Notes: generated from the letters alone by a model not told the origin. Positions 12,413-23,583 are shown, counted from the whole stretch's first letter. The stretch is 63,817 bases of DNA, filler included, from Reticulomyxa filosa (GCA_000512085.1; 21 parts of 21 records of this genome joined end to end with filler, not necessarily neighbours in it); one strand, 5' to 3'. A program made the numbers and translations.

Positions 12413-12535
12413 TGATATTTAAAAACTACACGATTCGTAGATATTTTTTTTAAAAAAAATTTTGATTAAATGTTGTTTTTTCATGGAGAAACACAATCAT
12501 CTCTATAAGGTGGCATTTTAGGTGTCAACTTTTTT
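12413..12535 (+). repeat. Dispersed AT-rich repeat with a small CTAC...GTAG hairpin; copies at 58096-58220 and 60367-60420
   Basis: atttaaaaactacacgattcgtagatatt...taaatgttg...ttttagg aligns with atttaaaaactacaagacttgtagatatt...taaatgttg...ttttagg. 60367-60418 is nearly identical to 58169-58219. All three copies sit at contig starts. Confidence 0.8.
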
Positions 12536-14196
12536 TTTTATCTTACTGTATTTACAAAATTGAAGGTCAATTTCTTATTTACTTTGTCTAAATTGTAAGT
12601 TTGTAAAAACTACACATAAGAAATTGCTTGGCTAAAAATAATTAAACTAATACTTAAAAGTACTTTTACAAAGTATCATATAAAACTGAAACAGTCAACA
12701 CAACAACAAATAGCAAATATTATAAATAAAAATTAAAAAAATGTATATTTACTAAAAAAATAAAATCTATTCTTTTTTAATATTAATATTACCTTAGTAT
12801 TGCCTTTTTGTGTGTTTGTACATACAATTACTTCATCATCTTTTAGCAAGTTCCTTCAATGCAAGCATTTACTTTGTGAAACAAAGTTTCACATAATAAA
12901 TATAGTATTTTTGTACATAAGATAACATAACGAATATGATAACATATAGATAATTTATTTGTTACGACTAAGCTATTGTAGAAATATGGCGCCGAATGTA
13001 TGATTTCAAATTAAAAAATTAAATAGCATGTTATAAACTAAAATACATTGGAACAAGACATATTGTTCTTCGAAATTTAAGCTTGTAGGAACAGTGAGTA
13101 GACTAAGTGTAATACGAAAGGAAACTTAGTTCCGAAAAGTAATTTCAGGAAAAAGAAAGTAAAATAACGAAAATAATTACAACACAATGAAAGGAAACAA
13201 CTAAAGAACTAGACAAAGTGAGTTGTGTTGTTAAGAAGGTTTAACCCACAGGGGGTCCCACAGTTCCTTTATTTGAACTTGTATAATATGGCTTTACCCT
13301 ACAAGCACAAGGAAAATTCGTATATACAACAAATATCATCATTAAAACTGTACATATTTGAAATCATACTGTTTAGTACATCATACCCAATATTGCGAAT
13401 GAAGCCGTTAATTCAGAGATAACAGCGAAATTCACAGAAAAGTTAAAACAAAAAAAACCCATTGAAATACAAATCCAAAAGAATGCTATTTCAGGATTAA
13501 GAGCTGTTTAAAAAACTTGAAGGACATTCACACAACACAAGAGATTTATTAAACAACAGCAAAAAATAAACGAAAGCTAAGTTACACTAATAAAGTATGC
13601 AAATTAATAAAATCATTAGAGCATTTTTTCGTTCCAATAAGTATTTAACTTTAAAATTATTATTATCATAGAAAAGTAGTAGAATTATTGTGACATTTTT
13701 TCTTGTCCTTTTTTTTCCTGTTTGTGTCACAGGTCTTTTTTTTGCCCACTGTATCAAAACAACACAAGCACACCTACTAGAAGACAAACAAAAAAAAACA
13801 AGGATGGGAGAGTAGTGAAACAGGCAAATATTATCCGAAATAAATTCTTTTTTTTAAAATGTGTAAATCTGTTGTTGGACAATACAAGCTACAATGTTTC
13901 ACCTTGCAATTTCTCTTTGCAGCAATCCATGAAAACGCGAGCCATTCCAAACGCCGCTGTTAACTTGAGTATTGCATTGGCCTCATTTGTTTGTTCGTTG
14001 GTTGCTCAAAATAAGAAACAAACAAACAAGAGCCTTTCAAAAGGGGGGGAGAGGATGACAAAAAAAAAGAGGATTAGAAAAACAAACAAAAAAGTNNNNN
14101 NNNNNNNNNNNNNNNNNNNNNNNNNNNNNNNNNNNNNNNTTAATTAATTAANNNNNNNNNNNNNNNNNNNNNNNNNNNNNNNNNNNNNNNNNNNNG

Positions 14197-16509
14197 GTTC
14201 GGGACCCGAACTGCCTGGCGCTTTACTGCGACCACGACAGCGTGGCGATGCGCGGTTACGAGCAGCCACAGTTCAAGCCGGCGTTCGATCTGGACATGCT
14301 GCTGGCTTACGATTACATCGGTGCCAGCGTGCTGCTGCGTGCCGACGCCGTGCAGCACCTGGGCGGCTTGCAACCGTACGAAGGCTTCGAGGTTTACCAG
14401 CTGCTGCTGAACCTGGCAGCCCATTTCGGCGCGGCGGCCATTGCCAACCTGCCGGAGCTGTTGCTGCACTTGCCTGCCCGTGACGGCAAGCTGGCGATGC
14501 GCAAGCTGGCGGTAGAAGACTGGCTGCAAGCCAGCGCTACGCCGGCCCGTGTCGAGCTGGGCCTGGCCGAGCAGACGCTGCGCGTGGTGTACCCGCTGAC
14601 GGCACAGCCGCTGGTGAGCATCATCATCCCCAGCCGTAACGCTTTCGAATTCATCGAGCCGTGCATCAACACCTTGTTCGAGCGTACCGCCTACCCGCAT
14701 TTCGACGTGGTGGTGGTGGACAACCAGTCGGACGATCCGGATGTGCTGCGCTTTTACGAGCAGGCCATCCAGCGCTTTGGCGAGCGCTTGCGCGTGGTGC
14801 ATTACGACGCCCCGTTCAACTTCTCGTCCCAGATCAATCTGGGTGCGGCCAACGCCCGTGGCGACTACCTGCTGCTGCTGAACAACGATATCGAGATCGT
14901 GCAGCCGGACTGGCTGGAGCGCATGCTGCAGCACGCCGTACGCGACGGTGTCGGCGCGGTAGGCGCCAAGCTGCTGTTCCCGGAAACGGCCAAGGTGCAG
15001 CATGCCGGCATTTTCCTGGGCAGCGGCCCCGACCGTATCGGCAGTGCCTCCCACCTGGGCTGGATGGCCGAGGCCGGAGACGCCGGCTACATGAACCGCT
15101 TGCTGATCGATCAGCGCTTGTCGGCGGTAACGGCGGCCTGCCTGCTGACCCCGGCTGCGGCGTTCCATGCTGTTGGCGGTTTCGACGAGCACGACTTTGC
15201 CGTGCTCTACAACGACGTCGACTATTGCTTGCGACTGCGTGACGCCGGCTGGCACACCCTGTGGACGCCGTATGCCACGCTGGTGCATCACCACAGCATC
15301 AGCATCCGTGCCGAAGGCGAGCAGGTGCTGAAAGCCATGCGCCGGCATGAGCAGAACCAGCAGGAGCAAGGGCGTCTGTTGCAGCGCTGGCTGCCGGCCT
15401 TGGCCAACGATCCGGCCTACAACCCCAATCTGTCGCTGACCGGTAAACCATGCGAGATCGAGCAGAAAGTGCTGCGCTTCTGGCCGCCGGAATTCACCGA
15501 GCTGCCGCGTATCCTGGGTAACGGCATTGCCGGCGGCAGCGGCGAGTATCGCGTCGACCAGCCACTACGCGCGCTCAGCCGTGACGGCAAGGCACTGACC
15601 GCCTGCCTGCGGCAGCAGAAAGATGTCCAGCGCCTGGTAACGGTAGTGGAGCTGCAGCGTCTGGGCGTAGACAGCTATGTGATGCAGAACGCCATGACCG
15701 ACCCGCAGCTGGAATTGCTGCAAGCCTACCGCGAGCATCTGCCGGGTATTTTCATGGTGATGTCGCTGGACGACCTGATTACCCAGCTGCCGGAGAAAAG
15801 TGCGCTGTACAAGCACTTCATGTCCAACTTCCGCGACGGTCGCCGTCGCCTGCGCCAGATGCTGGGCCTGGTAGACCGCCTGGTGGTGACCACCGAGCCG
15901 TTGCGCGAGATGGCGGCCGACATGATTGCCGATATCCGCGTGGTGCCGAACCGCTTGTCGCGCGAGTACTGGGGCAGTGTGCAATCGCAGCGCAACGTTG
16001 GCCGCAAGCCACGTGTGGGCTGGGTGGGCGCGCAGCAACACCAGGGCGATCTGGCGCTGCTGGAAGAGGTGATCAAGGCAACTGCGCACGAGGTGGACTG
16101 GGTGTTCATGGGCATGTGGCCGCAAGGGCTGGACGCGTACATTGCCGAGAAGCACGAGCCGGTGAGCTTTGACCAGTACCCGGCCAAGATGGCGTCGCTG
16201 AATCTGGACATCGCGGTAGCACCGCTGGAAACCCTGCCGTTCAACCAGGCCAAGAGCAATCTGCGGCTGTTGGAGTACGGCGTGATGGGCTGGCCGGTGA
16301 TCTGTTCCGATGTTTACCCTTACCGTACCGGCGAACCGCCTGTGACACGGGTGGGCGACGATGCCAAGGCCTGGATTGCCCAGATCCGCCGTCTGGCGGC
16401 CGACCCGGTGGCAAGAGCGCGAGAGGGAGATCAGTTACGGGCCTGGGTGGACCGTGATTACTGGCTGGAGGATCATCTGGACGAATGGTTGGCCGCGTTT
16501 ACCCGCTAG
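14197..16509 (+). CDS. Bacterial multi-domain glycosyltransferase (GT2 plus a C-terminal GT-B-like domain), 5'-truncated; likely flagellin glycosylation
   Basis: PLVSIIIP..VVVVDNQS..FNFSSQINLG..LLLLNNDIE..NDVDYCL (GT2), and KPRVGWVG..FNQAKSNLRLLEYG. GC-rich codons, no introns, directly upstream of a flagellin start. Confidence 0.9.
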   Translation, partial: VRDPNCLALYCDHDSVAMRGYEQPQFKPAFDLDMLLAYDYIGASVLLRADAVQHLGGLQPYEGFEVYQLLLNLAAHFGAAAIANLPELLLHLPARDGKLAMRKLAVEDWLQASATPARVELGLAEQTLRVVYPLTAQPLVSIIIPSRNAFEFIEPCINTLFERTAYPHFDVVVVDNQSDDPDVLRFYEQAIQRFGERLRVVHYDAPFNFSSQINLGAANARGDYLLLLNNDIEIVQPDWLERMLQHAVRDGVGAVGAKLLFPETAKVQHAGIFLGSGPDRIGSASHLGWMAEAGDAGYMNRLLIDQRLSAVTAACLLTPAAAFHAVGGFDEHDFAVLYNDVDYCLRLRDAGWHTLWTPYATLVHHHSISIRAEGEQVLKAMRRHEQNQQEQGRLLQRWLPALANDPAYNPNLSLTGKPCEIEQKVLRFWPPEFTELPRILGNGIAGGSGEYRVDQPLRALSRDGKALTACLRQQKDVQRLVTVVELQRLGVDSYVMQNAMTDPQLELLQAYREHLPGIFMVMSLDDLITQLPEKSALYKHFMSNFRDGRRRLRQMLGLVDRLVVTTEPLREMAADMIADIRVVPNRLSREYWGSVQSQRNVGRKPRVGWVGAQQHQGDLALLEEVIKATAHEVDWVFMGMWPQGLDAYIAEKHEPVSFDQYPAKMASLNLDIAVAPLETLPFNQAKSNLRLLEYGVMGWPVICSDVYPYRTGEPPVTRVGDDAKAWIAQIRRLAADPVARAREGDQLRAWVDRDYWLEDHLDEWLAAFTR

Positions 16510-16520
16510 GCCAATCGTGC

Positions 16521-16547
16521 AAAAAGGCAGCGTTAGCTGCCTTTTTT
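16521..16547. terminator. Intrinsic (probably bidirectional) terminator
   Basis: aaaaaggcagc-gtta-gctgccttttt perfect stem with A and T tails, 11 nt after the GT stop. Confidence 0.85.
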
Positions 16548-16567
16548 CGTTTCGCCACAAAAAAATT

Positions 16568-16594
16568 TAAAGTTCTGCAGGGGGGCGCCGAAAT
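16568..16594 (+). promoter_or_regulatory. Sigma28 (FliA) promoter
   Basis: TAAA-N15-GCCGAAAT against the consensus TAAA-N15-GCCGATAA, upstream of an RBS (GAGGTG, 16669-16674) and a flagellin-like ATG. Confidence 0.85.
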
Positions 16595-16679
16595 ATGGTC
16601 ATAAGCTAATGCACTGCTAGCAAGAATCAAGCCAGACGGTGCATGGTCAGAAACCAAATAGAATTAATGAGGTGCCAAA

Positions 16680-16703
16680 ATGCCAATCATCGTTAACAGC
16701 AAC
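16680..16703 (+). pseudogene. fliC: Flagellin N-terminus (MPIIVNSN) interrupted by the IS
   Basis: Eight codons matching the flagellin start pattern M-x-x-x-I/V-N-T/S-N, with a sigma28 promoter, RBS and neighbouring glycosyltransferase. The call depends on context. Confidence 0.7.
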
Positions 16704-16766
16704 TGAATCGCCCCCACTTTCCTAGATACCTCGTGAGCCTCACACTAGGCCCTACAAGGAGGTGTC

Positions 16767-17045
16767 ATGAGCAAGCCGCGTTTTCCTGAAGAGTTCAAGA
16801 TTGAAGCTGTCAAGCAGGTAACCGAGCGTGGTTATCCGGTTGCCGAAGTCGCCAGTCGCCTCGGTGTGTCGGCGCACAGCCTGTATCAATGGCTGAAGCG
16901 CTACGACCCCAAGCGTGCCATTCCTGCCGCATCCACCGAACAGCAAGCCGAAATACGGCGTCTCAAGGCTGAGCTGAAGCGGGTGACCGAGGAGCGCGAC
17001 ATCCTAAAAAAGGCCGCCGCATACTTTGCCAAGGAGTCCGGGTAA
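16767..17045 (+). CDS. IS3 transposase OrfA (HTH)
   Basis: RFPEEFKIEAVKQV..VAEVASRLGVS..EIRRLKAELKRVTEERDILKKA; RBS ggagg upstream. Confidence 0.95.
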   Translation: MSKPRFPEEFKIEAVKQVTERGYPVAEVASRLGVSAHSLYQWLKRYDPKRAIPAASTEQQAEIRRLKAELKRVTEERDILKKAAAYFAKESG

Positions 17046-17917
17046 GGTATGCCTTCATCCGGACTCATGAGCAGCAGTTTCCTGTTCGACGTCTGTGTCG
17101 TGCCATGGCTGTGCATCCCAGTGGCTACTACGCCTGGAAAGCCTCTCCGCATTCACCTCGTGCGCGCGAAGACCAGCGCTTACTGGGGCAAATCAAGCAG
17201 GCCTGGCTAGAGAGTGGCGGTGTCTATGGCTACCGCAAGGTCTATGACGACCTGCAGGCACAGGGAGAGCGTTGCGGTAAACATCGCGTGGCACGACTGA
17301 TGAAGCAGGAGGGTCTGCGTTCGCAGACGGGCTACCACCGACGCCCCGGGCATTGCAGTGGCCGCCCGGCGGTAGTAGCACCGAACCATCTGCAACGCCA
17401 GTTCACTGTGGAGGCGCCGAATAAGGTCTGGGTGACGGATATCACGTACATCCGCACGCATGAGGGATGGTTGTACTTGGCGGTGGTCCTCGACCTATTC
17501 TCGCGGCAGGTTATTGGCTGGTCGATGCAGTCACGTATCGATAGAGAGTTGGTTCTGAATGCCCTGTTGATGGCGGTATGGCGCCGCCAGCCCAAGCATG
17601 AGGTGCTAGTACATTCCGACCAGGGAAGTCAGTTCAGTAGCTACGACTGGCAAGACTTCTTGAAGGCCCATCACTTGGTGCCCAGCATGAGTCGACGCGG
17701 GAACTGCCACGACAATGCCGTGGCGGAGAGTTTCTTCCAGTTGCTGAAGCGGGAGCGTATCAAGCGAAAAACCTATCACGACCGGGAAGCGGCACGTCGT
17801 GACATATTCGATTACATCGAGATGTTCTACAACCCGAAGCGCCGGCATGGTTCCACAAATGGGCTGTCACCGGTAGAGTACGAGAAGCAGTATTTCCAAC
17901 AGCTCCGGAGTGTCTAG
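17006..17917 (+). CDS. IS3 transposase OrfB (DDE integrase core), reached by -1 frameshift
   Basis: WVTDITY, HSDQGSQF and DNAVAESFF motifs. The frame is open from the A6G site (KKGRRILCQGVRVRYAFI). Confidence 0.95.
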   Translation, partial: KKGRRILCQGVRVRYAFIRTHEQQFPVRRLCRAMAVHPSGYYAWKASPHSPRAREDQRLLGQIKQAWLESGGVYGYRKVYDDLQAQGERCGKHRVARLMKQEGLRSQTGYHRRPGHCSGRPAVVAPNHLQRQFTVEAPNKVWVTDITYIRTHEGWLYLAVVLDLFSRQVIGWSMQSRIDRELVLNALLMAVWRRQPKHEVLVHSDQGSQFSSYDWQDFLKAHHLVPSMSRRGNCHDNAVAESFFQLLKRERIKRKTYHDREAARRDIFDYIEMFYNPKRRHGSTNGLSPVEYEKQYFQQLRSV

Positions 17918-17935
17918 AGAAGCCGGGGCGATTCA

Positions 17936-18001
17936 ACGGGCGCTTCCGGGACGAATGTCTGAACGAACACTGATTCATCAGTCTGCGCCATGCTCAGATC
18001 G
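17936..18001 (+). mobile_element. Fragment of a second IS3-family (IS407-like) transposase
   Basis: Reads GRFRDECLNEH*FISLRHA, the motif FNGRFRDECLNEHWF with TGG changed to TGA. Confidence 0.8.
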
Positions 18002-18102
18002 NNNNNNNNNNNNNNNNNNNNNNNNNNNNNNNNNNNNNNNNNNNNTTAATTAATTAANNNNNNNNNNNNNNNNNNNNNNNNNNNNNNNNNNNNNNNNNNN
18101 NA

Positions 18103-18147
18103 TTGTTTGCCATTGTTTGCCTTGCTTTGCCATTGTTTGCCATTGCT
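18103..18147 (+). repeat. 10-bp tandem repeat, approximately (TTGTTTGCCA)x4.5
   Basis: attgtttgccattgtttgccttgctttgccattgtttgccattgc. Confidence 0.8.
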
Positions 18148-18470
18148 TGATATGTGGTTTCTAGCTTTAAAAACAGAATCATAATTTCTTAGAAGTTTGA
18201 ATGAATCAAGTTTTGCTGACTTTGTTTCATCTCATCACACAATGGCTTGTAACATTTTAACAAGGATAGTCACGCTATCAATTTATAGTTAACTTTATTT
18301 TTCTTTCATTACTAATTCTAATTCTTAAAAATTTTTTTGCTGATATGAAATTTAGGAGAGTGTTACTGCGATACAAAATGAATGATTAAACACAGACCAA
18401 TGTTGATTGAAACATATTGAACTCAACGAAAGAAAACCCACGTCAACAAAAAGGACACAAAGAAATTTTT

Positions 18471-19321
18471 TTAACGGCTTGCATAATCCTTTGTCCATTG
18501 TCGTGCTTGAAAAACAAAACAATCATAATTTTTAAGTAAACACTCATACAAATGAAAGGAAGCTAGAACATTTGTGTTTGTGTACCTGTAGCATGTGCCA
18601 ATTTAATGTTCGTCTTCCATTGTTCTGCAACTTGGTTGTCCAGTGGATCATCAGGGTTAGGTTCCTTTCATCAACAAACAACAAACAAAAAAAACATTAA
18701 TGGTCGGAAGTTAACCAAAACTTTTCCAAGGTTATTGCTTAACTTGCATCAAAACCTGGAGAGACAAGCACACATTCTTGATTGTCAATGCAGGTGTCCA
18801 TTTGTCTTTTAAAACTGTTGCCATTCATCAAATTTTGGTTTTAAAATGGTAATATTGATGGGAAAACATAAAGAAAAAAAATACCATCTAAGCAAATTCG
18901 ACCGAGTTTATCCACATTTGGCTGTACAACAACACAATTTTATGTAAGTTGAAAGTTTGTTCCTTTTCAGCATGGGTAAGAAGTAAGAGTGAAAAGTACT
19001 CAACTGATAAATTTTGGTAATAAACCTGCATTTAGGAGCTTTCATGGGATACTTTTGGTCCAAAAACATTTCAAGTTCAAACAAGCCTCCCTCATAAGGA
19101 GAATCTTTTGGGCCTTGTATCTTGATGTGAAAGTATCTGTAGTTGTATTCGTCTGGAGTGACTTCAATTCCAGGTGCTATAGAGAAAGAAAAAAAAACTC
19201 AATCGTAAACACACTTTTACAGTTATATCACAAGCAACTTACGTGTGTCTTTTTTTAATCTTTCAATTTCCTTTTGTATACGTTTAGGTAACTTTTCTAA
19301 TCCAACCAATTTAGTGGCCAT
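18471..19321 (-). CDS. Ubiquitin-conjugating enzyme E2, Ubc13/UBE2N-like, 6 exons
   Basis: Spliced product [62 protein letters not shown](H)[45 protein letters not shown]. Confidence 0.9.
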
Positions 19322-19811
19322 AACCTCTCGTGCTTTCACAAGCCCAAATCTTTCAACAAAATGTGTAATAAGTGAAACAATTTACTCTGATTCAAACAGC
19401 GTATTAGAGCAGAACAAAATTTCAATAATCTTCTTCCCCCAAATGAACTTTAAAACAAGCTTTGTTTTACACAAAAAGAGGTTGAATTACTTATTAATTT
19501 GAAACATTTTTGGTGTCTCTTTGTTGATTTGTTGGAAGGGTAATTAGCTTATCTAAACAAAATTAATTAATTTAAGAATTGAAAAAACACATGGAATTTT
19601 AAAGTTTTGATGATTTCTCGCTTCAATAACTCAAACTCGGCTTACATTCGATAAAACTAGATTTGAATAATTTGGATGCAAAAACAAAAAGTAATGCGTA
19701 TTTTTAAATCTAAGTTTCAGTGAAAAACTGAAAATAAAGTGACAAATTGACCATTTGTACATCTCTCTATAGTCTATAAAACGAAATAAACAGCTTTACG
19801 TAATATGCAAT

Positions 19812-20269
19812 TTACTTCATTTTTTCCTTGGATCTTAACCCCATAAAAATATATCCCATCACTGACAAAACAAATCCAATTGCATCAAGCTTCACAAAAA
19901 GATTGGGCAGCATTGAAGGTTTGTTGTAATGGGCACAATACCCTTCCCAAAAGAACACAAAGGGTGAAGAAAGAATACAAATTCCCATCGTGCCGATCAG
20001 AAAAATACCAATCAAAACAAATCGACGTGTTCGGGCAGAGCCCTTGTCAGATTTGGGCGGGATGAGTTTCCAAAGGTGTGGTAACGTGAAAGTCAGCATG
20101 TGATGCCCAATAATGCCAGCAATACTCAGTGACACTATCCCGCTGCCAATCATCAATTTCGTCCATCGAACTAAACGGAGATCTGCTTTAGTTGTTTGTG
20201 TTGGTCTCCTTATGAAACGTTCACCTGTTTCTTTAAATAACTGACCAACCTTTTTCAAAAATGTCCATA
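19812..20269 (-). CDS. Hypothetical membrane protein with about 3 TM segments
   Basis: 148-aa ORF with three hydrophobic stretches. The nearest ATG (~20269) is one base out of frame across a T-run. Confidence 0.5.
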
Positions 20270-20878
20270 TTTTGAGTTGCGATTTTTCTAACGTAAAATG
20301 AAATATTGCAGTTTCGCGCTGTAGAGGAATTTTTTAAAAAAAGTGTCCCCAAACCTTTAAAAAACCACTGTGAACTGACTAAAGCTACAAACAACGTCAT
20401 GAAAAAACATAAAATAATGAGTTTATGTTTTGTAGTTAGTAAGTACTTCCCAGACAAACAATATAATGGTTGTCACGAATTGTGAACTGTGTTTGTAATT
20501 TGTTTAGTATAATCGTTGTTCGTAAATCCTTTTTTCTCACAAACTAATTAAAATAGCATTTTAAAAATTTAATCTTTAAAATAGCATTTATTTGCAATGT
20601 GCTTTTATCGTGCTAGTTTTTGTATATCGCACTGTTTTTAATGATAGAATATAATTTATTTAGACGGCTTGAACTTCAATCTAAACGCTTTACAAAGACT
20701 TTCTTCATTAAAACTATTTTTTTTTTAGACTGTCTTGCCACTCAAAAAACTGGTTTTTGTGAAAGTAACTTTTTTTAGAAGTGCACTTAGAAAGTTTACT
20801 TAAGGGTTTTTTTTGTTGTTTGCTAGTTGTTTTGCTTTTATTCACTTTTGTTGATTTCATTTTAACTAAAAAGAAGCT

Positions 20879-21421
20879 ATGGACGGAGAGGAGGCACAAG
20901 CATTGGTTGTTGACAATGGCAGTGGTATGGTGAAAGCTGGTTTCAGCGGTGACGACGCTCCACGAGCTGTCTTTCCAAGCATTGTCGGAAGACCAAAACA
21001 TGAAGGTGTAATGGTCGGAATGGCACAGAAAGATGCCTATGTTGGTGATGAGGCACAAAGCAAAAGGGGTATTTTACAATTAAAATATCCTATCGAACAC
21101 GGCATTGTAACAAGCTGGGATGACATGGAAAAGATATGGCATCACACTTTTTACAAGTTAAATTTTTTATACGTAAAACACCCACAAATTCGCATCTTGT
21201 TAACAAAATGTTTTGTTTGATAGTGAGCTTCGCATTCAACCTGAAGAACACGCAGTTCTTTTGACCGAGGCTCCATTGAACCCTAAAGCAAACCGAGAAA
21301 AAATGACTCAAATTATGTTTGAGACATTTAACACCCCTTCGATGTACGTAGGCATTCAAGCTGTGTTGTCATTGTACGCAAGTGGACGAACCACTGGTAT
21401 TGTGTTGGATGCTGGTGATGG
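20879..21421 (+). CDS. ACT: Actin, 3'-truncated; intron 21157-21223
   Basis: [73 protein letters not shown]. Confidence 0.98.
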
Positions 21422-21521
21422 NNNNNNNNNNNNNNNNNNNNNNNNNNNNNNNNNNNNNNNNNNNNTTAATTAATTAANNNNNNNNNNNNNNNNNNNNNNN
21501 NNNNNNNNNNNNNNNNNNNNN

Positions 21522-22160
21522 CGTATTTCAACAATATTGAAGGAAAATGGAGAATCTTCAAACAGTTTTGAAATGCAATTTGTTGTTTATCGCAATTATG
21601 ACGCACCTGCAGATATGCTTTTGCAAACTTCTACTTGGGAATCAAAACCTGAAAATCTTCGCAATTTTATGGAGAGTATTAAGGCAGATTATGGATGGGG
21701 AAATGAAGCAATTGAGATTGGATTGGCTCATGTCAACAAAGAAACTGAAAAAGGATCTGTTTCACAGGTAATCTTAATTGGAGATGCACCTGCAAATACA
21801 AAAGAAGAAGTTCAAATTAAACGAAGAGATTCGAAACAATATAAATTGGGTGATGACTATTGGAATAATAATGCATTATACTCTAAGTCCACGTATTATG
21901 AAGATGAACTCGCACATTTGAAAGAACATAACATTCCAGTCCACACATTCTATGTCGATCAGAGAGCACAACAAAATTTGTTGCAGATTGCAACAAGTAC
22001 GGGAGGTCGTTGCGAAAAATTGGACATCAATTCACAGAGAGGTTCAAGTCAATTGACAGATTTAGTTTCTGAAGAAGTTCTCAGGAAAGCAGGTGGATCA
22101 AAAGGGGATATGCTTGTCAATGCTTACAGAGCAAAATTTTTCAAATATTACATTCAATAA
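21522..22160 (+). CDS. vWA-like domain protein, C-terminal part
   Basis: QFVVYRNY..GNEAIEIGL..QVILIGDAP..IPVHTFYV..IATSTGG, resembling the C-terminal half of vWA domains. Confidence 0.65.
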   Translation, partial: RISTILKENGESSNSFEMQFVVYRNYDAPADMLLQTSTWESKPENLRNFMESIKADYGWGNEAIEIGLAHVNKETEKGSVSQVILIGDAPANTKEEVQIKRRDSKQYKLGDDYWNNNALYSKSTYYEDELAHLKEHNIPVHTFYVDQRAQQNLLQIATSTGGRCEKLDINSQRGSSQLTDLVSEEVLRKAGGSKGDMLVNAYRAKFFKYYIQ

Positions 22161-22746
22161 TTTCTCTTCAACTTGATCTAAACAATCGATTTTTGAATGC
22201 TACATAAATTTTACACTTGGCAAGGAATCCATCTTAAAAATTCCCAAATTTCTTACAAAAATTAAATTGAATTCTTTTTTTTGAAAGAATAGAGTTTATG
22301 TCACAAGTGATTCAGCCAACTTTTGAATCCTTTGTTAAGTTTAAAATAAATACTTTTGTATTATTATAGATTTTGTTTTTGTTTTTTTCAAATGTTAAAA
22401 AAATTACAAGCCAAGAATTTTAAATTTGTTTTTAGATACGTTTAGTTGTTTTAATTTTAAAAATGTGTTAATTTCTTTGTTAGATTATTCTAAGCATTTG
22501 GTAAGCATTCCTACGATGATTTATCAAGCATCTCGATTTTATTTCTAACCATATCGAGAGAAAATTGTTTGACAGTTGCACATTTTGCAAAATTTTAAAT
22601 AAATGCAAAACCATTATGTGGAAAGATGCAAACTAGAGAAACAACTGTAGGCAATAATTTGGAACGAAACACAACAATTGCTATCAGTGCATTGTATGTA
22701 GATATGAGATCAAGTGATTGATGTGAGGAAAATAATCACACTCAAT

Positions 22747-23430
22747 TTATTCACTGTCTGAAAAATAATGATCTCCCATTCCCTTTGGAAACATGCCTGT
22801 CTTCATTCGATGAGGTGTAGAGTACCTCTGTTTCATAGCATTTCTAGAACTGGTTGCAGTATAAGTTTTTCCTTTCACCCGCTGTTGACGACCTTGTCCA
22901 AACATTCTCCCAAAAGCACTCATCACATTCGATCCTCCACCGCGTTTTCCTTTGAAAATCATGAACAGTACAACGCCAGCACCTAGGACCCTATTCCAGA
23001 AACAATACATAGAAAAAAACAAAGCGAAACAAGTTTTTCATATTCGCCTCTTTCATACATGCACGTAAAATTTCCGTGGATAGAAAACAAACAAATCAAC
23101 ACTAAACAGAGGAGATTTGGTGAGTATTTGAAAGACAGAGGCTTGTGCCTCTTCTTTGTCAATAGTTGGGAAATAGGACTCCAAAGTGACCAAGGCAGAG
23201 TCCTTCGAATGAAAGGGATGACCAAGAAGGTAAAAGCCATAAGCGATGACTGTTTTAAAGATCGGATCTTGATACACTGAAAAAAGTAAAGGAGTATTGG
23301 ATCGTCTGTTCTCATCATTCAAATCAGCAACCGCTTGTTCTGGTCCCCGTTCATGTGAAGCTCTTAACTCACTTTCATCACGATCTTCACTCAGGTGTTT
23401 TTGCAATAGCAAAACTAACCCCTGATATGT
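22747..23430 (-). CDS. Hypothetical membrane protein, C-terminal part, with apparent frameshifts
   Basis: Three overlapping minus-strand ORFs in successive frames, with hydrophobic segments. Confidence 0.35.
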
Positions 23431-23583
23431 CTTGGGTTCAGATTGCTTTTTTTTTTTTTTTTTTTTTTGAATATTATATTTTTNNNNNNNNNNNNNNNNN
23501 NNNNNNNNNNNNNNNNNNNNNNNNNNNTTAATTAATTAANNNNNNNNNNNNNNNNNNNNNNNNNNNNNNNNNNNNNNNNNNNN

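Larger units (their letters stand above)
16704..17935 (+). mobile_element. Complete IS3-family insertion sequence (1232 bp)
   Basis: TG...CA ends. IRL tgaatcgcccccactttcctagatac matches the IRR reverse complement tgaatcgccccggcttctctagacac. orfA and orfB are present with an A6G slippery site at 17006-17012. Confidence 0.97.

Noticed and set aside
14140-16259. Long antisense and alternative-frame ORFs over the glycosyltransferase
   Set aside because: Shadow ORFs expected from high GC and codon bias; no motifs.
14196-18001. Horizontal transfer of a bacterial island into the eukaryote
   Set aside because: No junction with host DNA and no amelioration or introns; contamination or an associated bacterium is sufficient.
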